Assembly (NCBI GenBank): GCA_907165135.1
Contig: OU015568.1
Coordinates: 13,950,001-14,014,000, forward strand
Reading direction: 5' to 3'
Source: Oikopleura dioica
Lineage: Eukaryota; Animalia; Chordata
DNA length: 64,000 nt
Part shown: in pieces, positions 48,297 through 61,343 of the stretch
Layout of the letters: every line of letters starts with the position of its first letter
Numbering within the stretch: position 1 is the stretch's first letter
Made by a program: the position numbers and the translations under genes
The notes under the pieces: generated by a model
Seen by the model: the letters and a program-made list of their open reading frames with translations, nothing else
What the model was told of the DNA's origin: nothing
The model's database searches: none

Positions 48297-49309
48297 ATGG
48301 GTTCAAAAATATGCTGGAAGCGATATTATTGCCAAGGAGCAAAAATAAACGAAGTAGAGGATAGAACGCACGAGTTCAAGAACCATTGGTTCATTACACA
48401 GAAACAGATAAAGCGCGGAGGATTTAGGCTCCATCCCATCACCACCGTCATCTGCGGCTTTCTCAATCAAGGTTTAGGAAAGGGATGAAAGGTTTGATAG
48501 ACCCATTCGAGACGGATGCGAGCCGGATAAATTTTTATTCCCTTAGAAAGGCGGGACAATTTATTTGGGCATCCGCGACTCAGGTCAAGTCCATGGCCTA
48601 AGTCTGACTCCAAATCAAATGGCTCACCTGTCAGTTTCTGTCTTTGATGCACTTGAAAGATTCAACCCAGTAGTTCGCCCTGGACTTGTTTCTGTCACAT
48701 TTCTGCCAATAATTAGTCGGGAAGAAGCGGTCTCGGCAAAAGCGTCCATCACTTCAAAGCGAAAAGACTTTCATAAGATGAAAAACGATACAAAAGAAGA
48801 TGATTTCAACCCTCACGAAATCAATGGAGAATCTTCAAATTGCTGGTGCGGTAAAGAAGCAGTTGTTCTGCAGAATAACGGCGAGGAAATACCTAACTGG
48901 ATCGTCGAAATCGAAGTGGTCCAGCACGAGGGATTTGAGACAGATATAGAGGACAGTATGACTGACGTTCCAAAGATGAAATATCATCTGAAATACGAAG
49001 ACGAAGAAAAACAAGCGTTTTTAAGACACGATGCAGTTAATCGACGCATGTTTCCTTTTGATATTTCCAGGTAGAAAAATTTACGGCTCTATTTTGTATT
49101 GTCATCATTACTATAGGCACATAAATGATCAAGTGAGAAACCACTATGAAAAGATAAGAGATGACCTGAAGAAAGAACTACATGAAGAGCTGGCTAAGAA
49201 AGGCCTACCAAATAAGCTGGAGCATTTAGCACCAGTGGAAATCGAAGGAACCATGAGAAAACAATTGGGAAGGCCGATTCTCTCTGACGTTCAAAGAATG
49301 CTCTCTTAG
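48297..49309 (+). CDS. Hypothetical spliced protein
   Basis: Adjacent ORFs 48297-48488, 48565-49074 and 49031-49309; exon structure not resolved. Confidence 0.4.
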
Positions 49310-49402
49310 ACTGCTCTCATTGAATTTAACTTCACTGCTACTTGCTTTCTTACTTCCTTAAATTTCAATTTAATGAATCTAGCTTCCTTTTAAATTCAGA
49401 AA

Positions 49403-50383
49403 ATGGAAAAAGAAAAAACAAATGATCGATACATCAAATTCGTAAAAAAATATCTAAAGACATCAGGCAGGCTAGAATCCCTCGATGAACTGAATAAAAG
49501 TCTCAAAAGGAAGGAATTGAAAGGTTGACTTTTCTTGAATGAAACTGTTTTACCCTTGTATTAAGTTGAAAGAAAGCCAGTTTCGCTGAGTTTTAAAATT
49601 CTGAAACCTCCTGAACGAAAGAAAGTCGACATAGAACCGGCAAAAATAGACAAGAAGCGAAAGAATAAAACGAAAGATAGTGTGAACGAAGAAAAAATTG
49701 TAGAAGTTCCCGATGATTTTAAAAAACTCGCTAAACACTTTGGGTTGCCAGAAGAACATCTCGATTTTTTCTACGAAAACAGGGATCATTTCCACTGGGA
49801 GTGTAAAGATAAAACATTCATCCACTGCAGTGAGACTGGCTGTAAATTTACGATCAAAGTGTCGAATGGGTGCCTCGTAAACCATGTTAAATCTGTTCAC
49901 CATTACGTTGATATTCCATGCGGTAAGCCTGACTGTTCATTCATTGCATTTTCTCAGAAGAATCTCAATCTTCATCAAGCTGCTTTTCATGGGCACGGAA
50001 AGAAGCCTGATGCACACGGTAGTAATAACTGTCCTTATCCAACTTGCAAGGCATCTTTCCGGTTTCATTCTGCCCTTGAAACTCATATCAATATTCATGA
50101 GAATAGAGCCTTTTCCTGCAATTACTGTCTTTATCGAGGATCCACCAAATCAAACTTGGCTCATCATTTAAACACTCATTTTGATATTCGAACATATATC
50201 TGCGATATTTGTTCCAAATCTTTTACCCTTGAGAAAAACCTGAAGGAGCATAAGTTGTGTCTCCATGATGATGATAATGATTTCGAATGCTCTAATTGTG
50301 GATTCAGTGCACCGAAAATGTATATGATCAAAAAGCATAGACTTACCTGTAAAGAGCGCCTTAAACATTCAAGAATACTTTGA
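49403..50383 (+). CDS. C2H2 zinc-finger protein (one intron)
   Basis: About 6-7 fingers, e.g. CSETGCKF...HVKSVH, CPYPTCKASF...HINIH, CDICSKSF...HKLCLH; 5' exon MEKEKTND joins in frame. Confidence 0.88.
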
Positions 50384-50460
50384 CTGCAATTTCATGCTAC
50401 TAAACTGCACTTATAGTTATCTTATCGGTCTGTTATTGATGTGTTTATAAAGTCATTAAG

Positions 50461-53400
50461 ATGGTCAATCTTTCGGATATTCAAGAACTAAACAGAAAGG
50501 AGCTTCTGCGATGCCTTCGAAAGTTCGATTCGCCGATTTCCTTGATTTGGGATCCCAACCTGACCGCACCATTCACTCTCTTCAGCGACGTGAAACTGCT
50601 CCAAGAATACGGCGTCGAAAAAATGGTCGCTCTTCCAGAAAGCGGCCGACTCGCGGGATTCCAGACGAAATATGCAGTATTCCTGTGCTCAGATACAGTC
50701 TCGATAATCGAGCGCGTTGCAAATGTGACTCCTGCCCAGTCCAATACAGAGTATCATTTGATAATCGTCCCCAAGATCTCTGTTATCAATAAAAAGTTGC
50801 TCAGGGAAAAGACAGGATACAACAGTTAATGCTTTTTCAATCTGTTTTTATCGCAACTTGTTAATCCTTCTGGAAGGGATGCTATAACGATCAGACAGAT
50901 AAGCCCGGAAAGATCGCTTCAGTAATTCCCTGCTTTATCGAGCTCTTCATGCTCAACACGAGTCTTATCACGCTCAACATTGTGAACTCTTATCGCAAAC
51001 TGATCGACCGGGACCAGTGCTTGCCTTCGACCACTGCTCGGTCTCTCATGACTTTCCAGGTTCTTGAGCAATCCCAAATATGTTTTCCAAACTCGTTCAG
51101 GCTACTTTTGGCGTTTTTCCGAAAATACTCGCTTGTGGCAAAACCTCCTGCGCAACTGTTGACCTTCTCTTGAGCTCGAGAAAGGAGCTCATTCCTCAAG
51201 AAGATAAAATCTCGTCGCCTCAGTTTGCTACGCTGCTTTTAATCGACCGAAGCACGGATATAGTGAGCCCATTGCTCACCCCGACTTCGTACAATGCTTT
51301 GCTCGAACGCTTCCTCGAGGCGAAATGGAATAAAGTTCCGGTCAAACAAGCGGAAAAGCCGGATAAAACCGTGCACCTAACAAACGATCCGTTCTTCAAT
51401 GAAATACGCAATGTCCATGTGAAGCACGCTGCACGCATCATTTCACAGAAACTAAGAACGTTGAAAAGCTCGTTCGACGAAAGCCACGGGAATATACTTC
51501 TCAATTATACACTTTTAAGTTTCAAAAATCAAATAACAAAAAGTACTACATAAAAGAATCGGTTTGATATTCCATTTTGAGGGAAAGTGCGAAATCCATC
51601 CAAGAATACAAAGACAGTGTTTTTTTTAAATTGCACAAAAAACGGGCTTCTTGGGGAGCGCTTATTCTCAGGCTACAGTAATGCTACAGAAGTGCCAAAG
51701 GGTGGAAAATGTAGCTAAGGGTCTAATCTAGTGCGTAAGGGGTTTGCCTAGCTCTAGAAATAACTAAATCATTGCGTAATCGACGCTCGAAGTTGACCTT
51801 CTCTAAAATTGGTGCGGAGGACCCGGAGGACTCTGTGGGAAACTTACTGGAAGAAAGAATGAGGGAAGAATACACGTAATTCGACGACTGTAAACTATAC
51901 TTAAAAAATTTAATAAAAACCATAAGAAAACTAAAAATAAGGTCTAAATAAATTTTAACATGGAGGTGGGTGGGGTTGGGGACGCAACTGAGAATGATCA
52001 ACTCAGGCTTCCCAGCCTTTGTCAAGCCCCTTAAATTTAATAATCAAGGGACGGGGCTGAAACGGCCCGAAGGGCCGTCAAGCCCCTTAAATTTAAAAAT
52101 CAAGGGACGGGGCTGAAACGGCCCGAAGGGCCGTCAAGCCCCTTAAATTTAAAAATCAAGGGACGGGGCTGAAACGGCCCGAAGGGCCGTCAAGCCCCTA
52201 AATTTAAAAATCAAGGGACGGGGCTGAAACGGCCCGAAGGGCCGTCAAGCCCCTTAAATTTAAAAATCAAGGGACGGGGCTGAAACGGCCTAAAAAGGGC
52301 TTTAAAATGATGTATGACTCAAAATGTTTTGTTTAAAACTTCTTGGGGTCACCTGAGGTCATGTGACCCCAAATGACCTCTATCAAGTGTGAATGTCAAT
52401 CATCTTTAAAAATTATTCAAAAATATATATCACTCATTATTAGGAAGCTTTTTATTTATATCGAGGTCATTTGGGGTCACATGACCTCAAGTGACCTCAG
52501 TCGAGAAAGAGGATGAAAAATGACGTCGATAGGTATACTTTTGATATCTGTAACCTTACTTACTGGAAAAAAACATGATATTTCCTATATTACGTAATAT
52601 TACGTAATATCACGTGGGCTCTAGAATTTCTAAACCCCCTTACGCACTAGATTAGACCCTAAGCTACAGTTTAAGCCTTTTGGGGACATTCTACGGCGAT
52701 CCTGCTCGGAGATAAAGGACTCCCCAGATTTTGTGCAATTTAAAAAAAACACTGTCAAAGCCTTCGTAGCTAGAATGCCTCAATTGAATAAAGAACGCGA
52801 AACCTTAAATAATCACAGCGACCTGGCAACTGAGATCTTGGACAAACTATCCACCCAACCAGTTGAGCTTGAGCACGCAGCGCTTGCAAATTCGCCAGAA
52901 GAAAGCATGGAACTCATTTGCTCTGGGGAAATTGAGGTGATCTTCTTTTAGCTTTTTCGATTCAACAAAATTCAAAGGTTCCTTTCGAAGAAGCGTTGAA
53001 AATTTTCGTTCTTCTTTGCTGGAGAAATAACGGACTGAGTCAAAAGTTTCTTGACGCTTATCGCGCCGATTTATTGAACATTTACGGGCACGATAGACTT
53101 TTGTGTTTTATGAAGGCCGCCCAGGAACTGGTGCCAAATCCATGTCAAGATTCGTTCCGGTACTGGAGCGCGGATTAACGAGTTATCAGAACAAGTTTTT
53201 GGCACCTCGATTACTAGTGTGGAATTTTGTACGCTCAGAGCGAAAAGAACGCACGCCTCGGGCGCGACATTTTCATCAAAGGACTCAAACTCAACGAGAC
53301 AAATAACGACCTTTTCAACCCTTCGAATCAAAGCTTCGTCTTTGGCAACAAATGGACCCCGCTAGTTTCAAGACTCGTCCTCGAATCAAGCGCGGGAAGC

Positions 53401-53750
53401 TGGCGAAGAATCGACGAGCTCCTGAAGTCGACGAAGATCCCATTCAGGTGCTTTCCCAATCGTAAATTTTTCATAGAAAAGGACGAAAATGATCGATACG
53501 TCTTAGCCCCTTGGCGCACCGCCATTTTTCAGTTGACGTTGATCCCAATCCTTCTGATCCGTTTTTTTGTCTTCTAATATCGATATTTTGACACATGGCC
53601 CCTATTTAGAAAAATGGCCGATCACAATTCACACATGCTGTTTTTTGTACCTGAAAATTTCGTATATCAGTTACAGTCGAGTAATTTTTCGCGCGAATCG
53701 AAGCATTTCGAATTTCGCGCTCAATTGGCTTCGAATAATTTTGTAATTTG
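50461..53750 (+). CDS. VPS33A: Vacuolar protein sorting 33 (Sec1/Munc18 family), spliced; ~1.2-kb intron containing a MITE; 3' end approximate
   Basis: LIWDPNLTAPFTLFSDVKLLQEYGVEKM, LLLIDRSTDIVSPLLTPTSYNALL, DPFFNEIRN, KAFVARMPQL...HSDLA. Confidence 0.82.
51719..52659. mobile_element. Non-autonomous PIF/Harbinger-type element (941 bp)
   Basis: TIR GGGTCTAATCTAGTGCGTAAGGGG and its reverse complement; 3-bp TSD TAA (51716-51718, 52660-52662); no transposase. Confidence 0.9.
52022..52290. repeat. 56-bp tandem repeat (~4.8 copies) with nested GC hairpin
   Basis: Unit TCAAGCCCCTTAAATTTAAAAATCAAGGGACGGGGCTGAAACGGCCCGAAGGGCCG. Confidence 0.95.
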
Positions 53751-53872
53751 AAAACTTATTTTTATTTACGGCGATCAAAGAGGCATTTCTTGGAAACGAA
53801 TCAATTTTATTTACAGAAATATTTCCACTGAACTTGTAGAACTCAAATTGTCAATTTGAAAGGATGAATAAT

Positions 53873-54304
53873 TTATAAAACAGCTAGAATTTCGAGTTTT
53901 GTTCCAACAGCGTCTGTGTGGTATTTCATATCGTGAATTTTTCGTCGAAGGGTGGAGGAGAACTTTTTCTTGCAGCTTGTGCATTTCTTTGGCGATCCTT
54001 GGTTGGAGTCTTCTGATGAAGTGCTCAGATCGAGAGTCGAGTGGATCAATTGATGAGCCTCGAGTGCGCTTCTGTGATAGAAGCTTTTGTCACAAGACTT
54101 GCAAAAGTACTTCTCAGAAGTGTCGATTTCCGGAATCTCCACGATGCGCATGTTGCCAAAGGAACTCATTCGAGTCTCGATAAATCGTTTTTTTCGCATC
54201 TTTTCGTTGCTCTTTTCTTCGATGTTGATCTCTAGTCTATCAGGCGCAGAGTTCAGCCTAGTTCGTCGAGCTCTTGTCTGGGTAACCATGGTGTCTTTTT
54301 TCAA
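53873..54304 (-). CDS. Small C2H2 zinc-finger protein (2 fingers); 5' end uncertain
   Basis: YFCKSCDKSFYHRSALEAHQLIH and KCTSCKKKFSSTLRRKIHDMKYH. Confidence 0.75.
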   Translation of the reverse strand: MKKDTMVTQTRARRTRLNSAPDRLEINIEEKSNEKMRKKRFIETRMSSFGNMRIVEIPEIDTSEKYFCKSCDKSFYHRSALEAHQLIHSTLDLSTSSEDSNQGSPKKCTSCKKKFSSTLRRKIHDMKYHTDAVGTKLEILAVL

Positions 54305-56160
54305 AGTTTCTGTTTTTGAGTATGTGTGTCTCTTGCCCCTTTACTCGCGCTGGTTTTATATTTTTTGTCGACAGCGCCCGCGTGGTGGCGCTCGATGATC
54401 CAGCTGGTGCGAGCGCGCGCTCCACGAAGGGCACAGCGTGAGCTAATTGGCGATCTGATACTAATTACTGGGTCACTACTAGCTACAAAAAGGTCATGCT
54501 TTGGCTTTACACCTCTGGTACGGGCTCCTACTGCGAATGTTCTATTTCTTCTTTCGGAGTCGATTTTACCCTTTTGTATCTGTAAGCCCATCATTTAGAC
54601 AGGTTTTTATCCAAATATTGTGACTCTTATACGGATTCTTGCCAGAAGAATCCACCATTCGCGTCGTTTCCGTTTTTTAAATTTTTTCTTGCTGAATCCT
54701 GACATTTTTTTATGAGTTCAAAAGTTCAACCGCTTTGTCTAAAAATTTACAGTAACAAGAAAATCAGCACAATAGCACTCTGTGATTTCAAAAATTGCCT
54801 GATTAAATATAGCTAATCTCTCAAGAGGTCCAAATAAAGCTTCTAGTTCCGCCACTTCATAAATCCAAACGGAAATTCGCCCCGTATACTCACGATGCAG
54901 GTGACCCATTCTTATGATTTTTTGAAAAACTACAACGATTAAGCCGACTACTTCTTCCTATCCAGTTTACAGTTTCTGTGGGATTATTCGGGCTGGGAAT
55001 TTCCTAATCTGATATCTACAAATTGCGGCTTTTATGCGCTCCGGGAAGCATAAAATTGAAATTTGCCAAGTTGAAACACTTCCAGCGAAACTACCGACCG
55101 GAAATCGGAAAAAGTCGCAAGAAATTTCACGACTCAAGTTCAAAAGAGAGAACCGTCTCAAACGACTCAACTGTTGATATTTCCAGGTCACCGTTTTGTC
55201 AAGCCCAATCGCGATCTGTTTATCTAGCCGTGGATTAGGGCTACTTCCAGGGGATATTTACGTTGAAAATGGTATCACTCAAATTTGATAAACACGAAAA
55301 TCCCCGAACTTCATGGGTCAGTTAATTGGGCCAAAGAATAATTTCGGATTCGAAAGGCGTCACTTCCGGGCCTATAAAGGGTTGATGATTTATGACAGCT
55401 CGGTTTATTGATCCCATGCTCTACCATAAAAACGAACTCTTGACAGGTCATTTAAATTTATTGGTTGTTTTTTGAAGTTCCCTTTGAATTTTGCTGGCTT
55501 GAATTTCTAAGGTGCCTTAAATATACAACTCATTACGTGCCCTGGTTGACATCTTGTGATTGAGGCTAATGACTTTAGCATCGATCGCCAATATCCATAC
55601 TACATGTCTTTGCATAATCCCCCAAGTTCTGTTACCCGTGGTGCTTCTCATGATTTCAGCTTCGTCTTCCTCATTCTTTTGCCAAAAGAAATCAATAAAA
55701 AAAGTTATACTTCAATGATACTCGAGGGCCAGATAGTTTTCTATAGCCACGTCTTAGCATGCTCGCTATTGATTTACTGTAATTACTCGATCTTTTCAGG
55801 GAGGAGCAACAAGATGTCGAAATTGCTGAGAATCAAAGGGCGACAGCGATTTTCGTGTTCATGATTGGTGGCATTACTGCTTCCGAAAGTAAGTATATAC
55901 ACTCAGTTTCGTAATGCGCATAAAATTCTAGTCGCTGCACTCAGCCACCTCAGCAACCAGCTGGGACGCGAAATCATTGTGGGTTGTACCGAGACGATCA
56001 CCGGAAAATCGTTTATCTCTCAGATTGTCAACTAAGATTACAATCTATAATTCTGCATAACTCTGCTTTCACTTCATATTTTCTGTCAACTTCAGCGAAA
56101 TTCTTCATTCTTCATTTCCACTACCGTTTTTACAATCAGCGCTTTCAGAATAAATACAGA

Positions 56161-56771
56161 ATGCTCCGGCAAAGTAGAATCTGTCGACCCTTGATAAATC
56201 AATGCAGGAGATCCTCGGATACCCTCGCATCAAGTGTTGTTCCGATAATTGCTCTTGGTGGCGTCGGAGTTGGAGTTTATTACGCTTCTAAAGCAATTTT
56301 GCACGACAAGTACTACGGGCAATCAGCCGCAGTCGAGGTGATGAAAGACATCGCATTTCTAAACGACGATTTGGACATCAAACTCGACTCTCCAAAAATA
56401 GCATTTTCCGACATCAATGAGCTGGTCGACTATTACAGGAACAATCGAGAGCCGCGCCGCTCTTTTGATCCGCCTTTCAGCAAATATCAAGGTACTAAAT
56501 TGCGGAACTAAGGGGAAAATTTGTATATTTAGAAAATGGTGTTGAATTTTGTCGCTCACAGTTTTACGTGAAAGGACCCAACGACTGCTCTTCCGGTAGA
56601 AAAGTCGCCCAGATTTATGCGGAAACGAAGATGACTGAAGACGGGCCAGAGATTTACTACGCCCAAGCGGATATTTTTGACGTTGAGTCTGTCATTAAGG
56701 GTAGCCCTCGTCAAATTTCAAAACCTATTCTTATTGCCGATAATAGACCTGTTGAAAAGAATGATGAATAA
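56161..56771 (+). CDS. TIMM21: Mitochondrial import inner membrane protein Tim21-like (one intron)
   Basis: Presequence-like MLRQSRICR, single TM, C-terminal FYVKG...VAQIYAE...ILIADNR resembling the Tim21 IMS domain. Confidence 0.65.
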
Positions 56772-56809
56772 AGGTCAATAATTTCTTTTCTGAATTTGCA
56801 TGATTTAGA

Positions 56810-57650
56810 ATGGTCATAAAACTTGTTCGACGATCTATATCGGGTTTGCCCCAACTCCGAGTCGATGGTACTCGGTTGGTGCGAGAGCCATATCCTCTTT
56901 ATTCAAAATACACCCTTCTAGCGGGATCAGCTGCGCTTGGAGGACTTTTTGCTGCAGGAACTTATCTTTATCCACAGTTCCCAAGACATCCTTACACAGA
57001 CTTACTTAAGGTTGAACGCAGCAGTTTTCAGTTTCAAAACTTCTTTCAGGACGTTAGCTACAGAGGCCTTCTTGTAACAGGATCATTAACCCTCGCATTT
57101 CCCGTTCTTCTTGTTGTCTACAGAAGAAGATCGTATTGGATCTACCGAGGAGCTCCTCAATATGTTGCGACGCTCTTTGGTTTACTAGGAAACGGTCGGA
57201 ATCAATAGTACTCTTCCTTGATTTCAGAATAATTTCGATTTCAAAATAGCATATTTCAAATATGTCGAATTATTTCCAAATGAAATTACTGGTGATTTAC
57301 TGGCTCAAGGCATGTTTCAAAAGATAATTGCGTTGTTTTTATTCTTCGTAATATTTTAAACACGAAAAAAAGCTTTTGGTACGACGTCAGCTGCAACAAT
57401 GAGCGCTCTTTTGTCTCCTCTGGCGAAGGATGGTTGGTTTATGACCGCGATTTCGAGCAGTTTGCTGGTATTTTTCCAATCTATTCATCGAAAATATTAC
57501 TTTCTTTAGGTCTTCACACTAACGTGGGCGCTATCAAAAGGCTATTATCATAATATTCTTTACGAAAGCAAAGCCGCTAAGTGGCAGAGAGAGCTAGAAA
57601 TGAAGAATCTACAAGCGAAAAGTAATATTGAAGGATCTTCAAGTTGTTAA
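56810..57650 (+). CDS. Hypothetical multi-pass membrane protein (spliced)
   Basis: Several hydrophobic segments across short exons, within the co-oriented cluster. Confidence 0.5.
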
Positions 57651-57698
57651 TTAATTTAAAAATCCTGAAAAGAAGTTAGCGAAATCCTCATTTATAGA

Positions 57699-58923
57699 AT
57701 GGCAGATGAGAAATCGGTCAAGCCAGAAAAGTCCTTTGGTGATAAAAGTCTTCTTCACAAAATCGGTTTTATATGGATGGCGATTGCGTTAATATGCGTC
57801 CCTATTTGGTGGAATAGTACAAGTGTCGAACGAAAGCCAATTTCATATGATAAAATTAACCAGCTATATGACCAAACTTCTGGAATTCCAGAGCGGGAAA
57901 GGTATCCCATCGACGAGTCTATTTTTTATAACGGATTAAAATAGCCTGATGACGCTATCGGACAACTACGATATCCTCTTATCTCTTGTTCTGCCCGACG
58001 TAAACGCCGATTGGAATATCGAAACTCACATAAACATCCTCGAGGACTGGTGCGCCAAAATGAAGCCATTCGCAAATTTCTCTGTGACGACGCAGGTCAT
58101 TTACCATCCCGGAAAGCTGCATCCGACCAAGTATTTTTACCAGAGAACTGTTTGGTCCAAGGCTGTTCTGTCGACAGTTATCAACAACTTAGAAGGTCGG
58201 CTTCAGAGCAACCAGAATCCAAATTCAAAACTTGTCCAGGCGGTTGTGTTTGTGACAAACCGGAGGATTGTTTTAGAGGTATTTAATCTCATCACTTGAG
58301 ACCAATTTTAAATAATTCAAAAGGATAAGAAGAATTCCGCGATTTTACCCGACTGGGGTATCTTCCAGTTTCTCTCGCTCGATGAACAGAATATTGAAGG
58401 AAAAGTCCTGGACACCGAGCAAATGCTAGAAAATGTCGTTTCAGAACTAGAGATTATTTTCGGCGATGTGACGGAAGAATCAAAAGGCTTGATGATTGAA
58501 AAGTTTATCAAGTCGTCTGGAAAGGCACTGAACAGTCTTTCGAAACTCGTCTCGCAGGTGAAGGTATGTTTTTTATTTGTTTTCTTGACTTTGCATATTT
58601 AATTTCCATTTCAGAACATGGTGATCAACACGCGAGTGTCAGAAAACATCGAAGAAGCCGCCACTTGTGGGCTTCAAGCGCTCGAATCAGAAAGAGAACT
58701 CGATGAACGTCTTTCACTTGCCCGAAAGTCCTTTCGAATGTCTGAAGGCGCGTTTTTCGACCCTTCCCTTCTCGAACTTCTTTATTTCCCCGAAGATCAA
58801 AAATTCGCCATTTACATTCCTTTCTTTCTGCCTCTCGCTCTACCAATCCTTTCTCGCTTCAAACGAGCCGTTGTGTACTTCAAAAACCAAAACTCTGCCG
58901 CTTCAAAAGTCAAATCTGACTAA
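57699..58923 (+). CDS. PIGS: GPI transamidase component PIG-S (spliced)
   Basis: [15 protein letters not shown] and [28 protein letters not shown]. Confidence 0.93.
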
Positions 58924-58980
58924 ACTTGTATAACTATTTTTATTGAATTTTGATGTTGATTCAAACGCTTCAGAATAATA

Positions 58981-59252
58981 ATGGCTGTCCATACTTACAA
59001 TGTTGCCATGACCTGCGGAGGATGCAGCGGAGCTGTTACTCGAATCTTGACCAAGCAACTTGGCGAAGGCGAAAAATTCGATGTTTGTTCCCAAGTCACT
59101 AAAATAGCAGTAAATAATTCTTTCAGGTGAATCTCGAAGCAAAGACTGTGAAAGTCCAGACTGCCCGGTCCGCCGATGAGATCAAAGAAATCATCGCCAA
59201 GTGCGGAAAAGCCACTACCTTCGTGAGCACCGACGATGCCGCGTCTCTTTAG
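58981..59252 (+). CDS. ATOX1: Copper chaperone ATOX1 (one intron)
   Basis: MTCGGCSGAVTRIL (MxCxxC) and C-terminal KCGK. Confidence 0.92.
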
Positions 59253-59350
59253 AAAAATCTTTTTTTTCTGTGCAATAAGACTACAAGTCTTCTAAATGAT
59301 TGAAACTCCCATTGATTCATTATTCTACTTATGCCTTACACAGTTATTAA

Positions 59351-59823
59351 CCCGTTAACAGGCGCGAGGCCCTGTCAGGGCCTTTTGGCCTTTGGAGCGC
59401 GATAAAATGGTCTAGGCTCTATTTTTCACGAAAAAATTTTATATTTCTGTGAAATTCAATCGATTCTCTATCCGTGTGTTTGATTCCGGAAAGAATTGGC
59501 CAGAAATTAAAAAAATGAGAGGCGAAAGAAAAATTTCAATCGGCGAAAAAAAGGGAAAGCGTAATACAATGCGCTCGCGTTTTCCCTTTTTTTTGAATCT
59601 CAGCGCCGAAATTGACGTAACTTCAACCTCAATTTTTACCCACTAAACGAGTCAGGAAAAGACTAAATCAAAAAATAGAGGAAAGATTAGACGCTTGTGA
59701 ATCATCTTGTCTTCTCAGAAATGATTTTCTTAAACCCAATTACTCAGAAAACGCCAAAATGTGCGAGGCCCTCTCACGGCCTCGCGGCCGTTAACCCCTA
59801 ATATTCAGTGCCTAGTTAACGGG
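59351..59823. mobile_element. piggyBac-type MITE (473 bp)
   Basis: TTAA on both sides (59347-59350, 59824-59827), termini CCCGTTAAC/GTTAACGGG, subterminal GCGAGGCC repeats. Confidence 0.8.
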
Positions 59824-59905
59824 TTAACCGTCCTTTAGCATGTGTTCTTGATTAAATCATAAATTCTCCCGGTGAAAAAGCATTCAAAATTTCACAATTG
59901 CTAGA

Positions 59906-61095
59906 ATGGAAAACTCAGAGCGTCTATCAGAAGCAGTTGAGCAAGCAAAACTAGAGCAGCAAGTTGTGATTGAAAAATTAAACTCGAAGTTAAAAGAATA
60001 TGAAGCGCTCGATAATCTCTTGTCGACTTTCACGGACAAAAGAGTTCACGAAGCAATGATTCCTATTTCAAAAAGTAAGGGGTATCGAGGTGCATCATTA
60101 AATGACCATGTTCAGTCGCGTTTTGCCCAGGAAGATTTGTAAATACAAACGATATAACTGCGTATCTTGGAGCGGAGCACTTCGCGGTCGTTTCATGCAA
60201 AACTGCTAGAAAACTCGTTTCACATCGAAAAGGGATGATAGACGAACAGATTCTAAAGCAGAAACAAGCAGCGGATCTTGTCAGTCAGCGAACAGACAGC
60301 TTGAAGAACATCGAAGAGGATCTCATAAAAGAAGAATTGACCGAAGATGACGAAAAACTGGCAAAGACCTTTAGCGATCGGAAAGCTAGGAAGACTGACG
60401 AGGAGATTATGGAAGAAATCGCCGAAAAATTAAAGTAAGATTTATAGCTATAAAGTCTCTGATTATTTTGTAGGCGAACAAAATTGCGATCAGATGAAGA
60501 AATCTGGAGTGAAATCAGCGGCTCTTCCGGAACAGAAAGAAAGAAAAACGAGACTCTAAAGACAGAAAGTAAACCTGCTCCAAAACAAATCAAAATTGAA
60601 GAGATCTCCGATGAAATTATTTCCCCAGAGCTAGAAAAGAAAGAAGAGCTTCCAAAACATAACGTCCACTTCGATTTTGACGAAAAAGCTTCATCATCGT
60701 CCGATTCTGATCCGGAGCCACCCCTCTCCCTCAAGTTCAAATTTACAAACACGGATGTTTCTCCGAAGTTCTCCGATAATATGGAGTACAAGACCCCCTG
60801 GGATATTTTAAATAATCACAAGAAAAGGAAGCAACATGGAATTTTGAAAGCAAAGTCTTCAGTTGAAAATACTCTTCCCTTGCAAGCTGGGTCTTCAGGT
60901 AACTAAAGATTCTGAGTAAAAGATTAATGAGTATCATTAGGAATGTTCCCGACGCAGATTCCGAGAATCCCACCGAAGAGACAGAATACAGCTTTTGGAG
61001 ATGATATTCTTGAACGAAACGTCTCGTCCCAAACATGTAAACCTCCAACAAAATCCAAAGGCAGTCTTTTCAAGCAAAGACGATTGCGTTCATGA
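59906..61095 (+). CDS. URI1: Unconventional prefoldin RPB5 interactor (spliced)
   Basis: Prefoldin-alpha segment LSTFTDKRVHEAMIP...FCPGRFVNTNDITAYLGAEHFA, acidic middle, C-terminal SLFKQRRL. Confidence 0.82.
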
Positions 61096-61343
61096 TCTTC
61101 TTGATAGTTTTTTTGTGCTTCGATGCTGCCGTGTGAAATAAATAAGTGAAAAACCAAGTACAGTCAGTAGGTTTATTAGAATAAATATCGATATATGTGC
61201 TGGGAAATGAGTCCAGTCATTAATTGCAGAGAGCACATATCTTTTTTGCACATAGAATTTTTGGGTGAGTGAGCGAACGTAAGGCGGTACAAGCTTTTAT
61301 CAACCTAAAACATTTTGCTAGTTTGCTGCGTTAAATTTTAAAT

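Noticed and set aside
52022-52290. Tandem hammerhead ribozymes (GAAAC-stem-GUC looks like stem III plus cleavage site)
   Set aside because: The CUGANGA core and stem II are missing on both strands
55000-56000. Possible gene upstream of TIMM21
   Set aside because: Protein-like fragments in several frames, but no consistent exon chain or motif could be built
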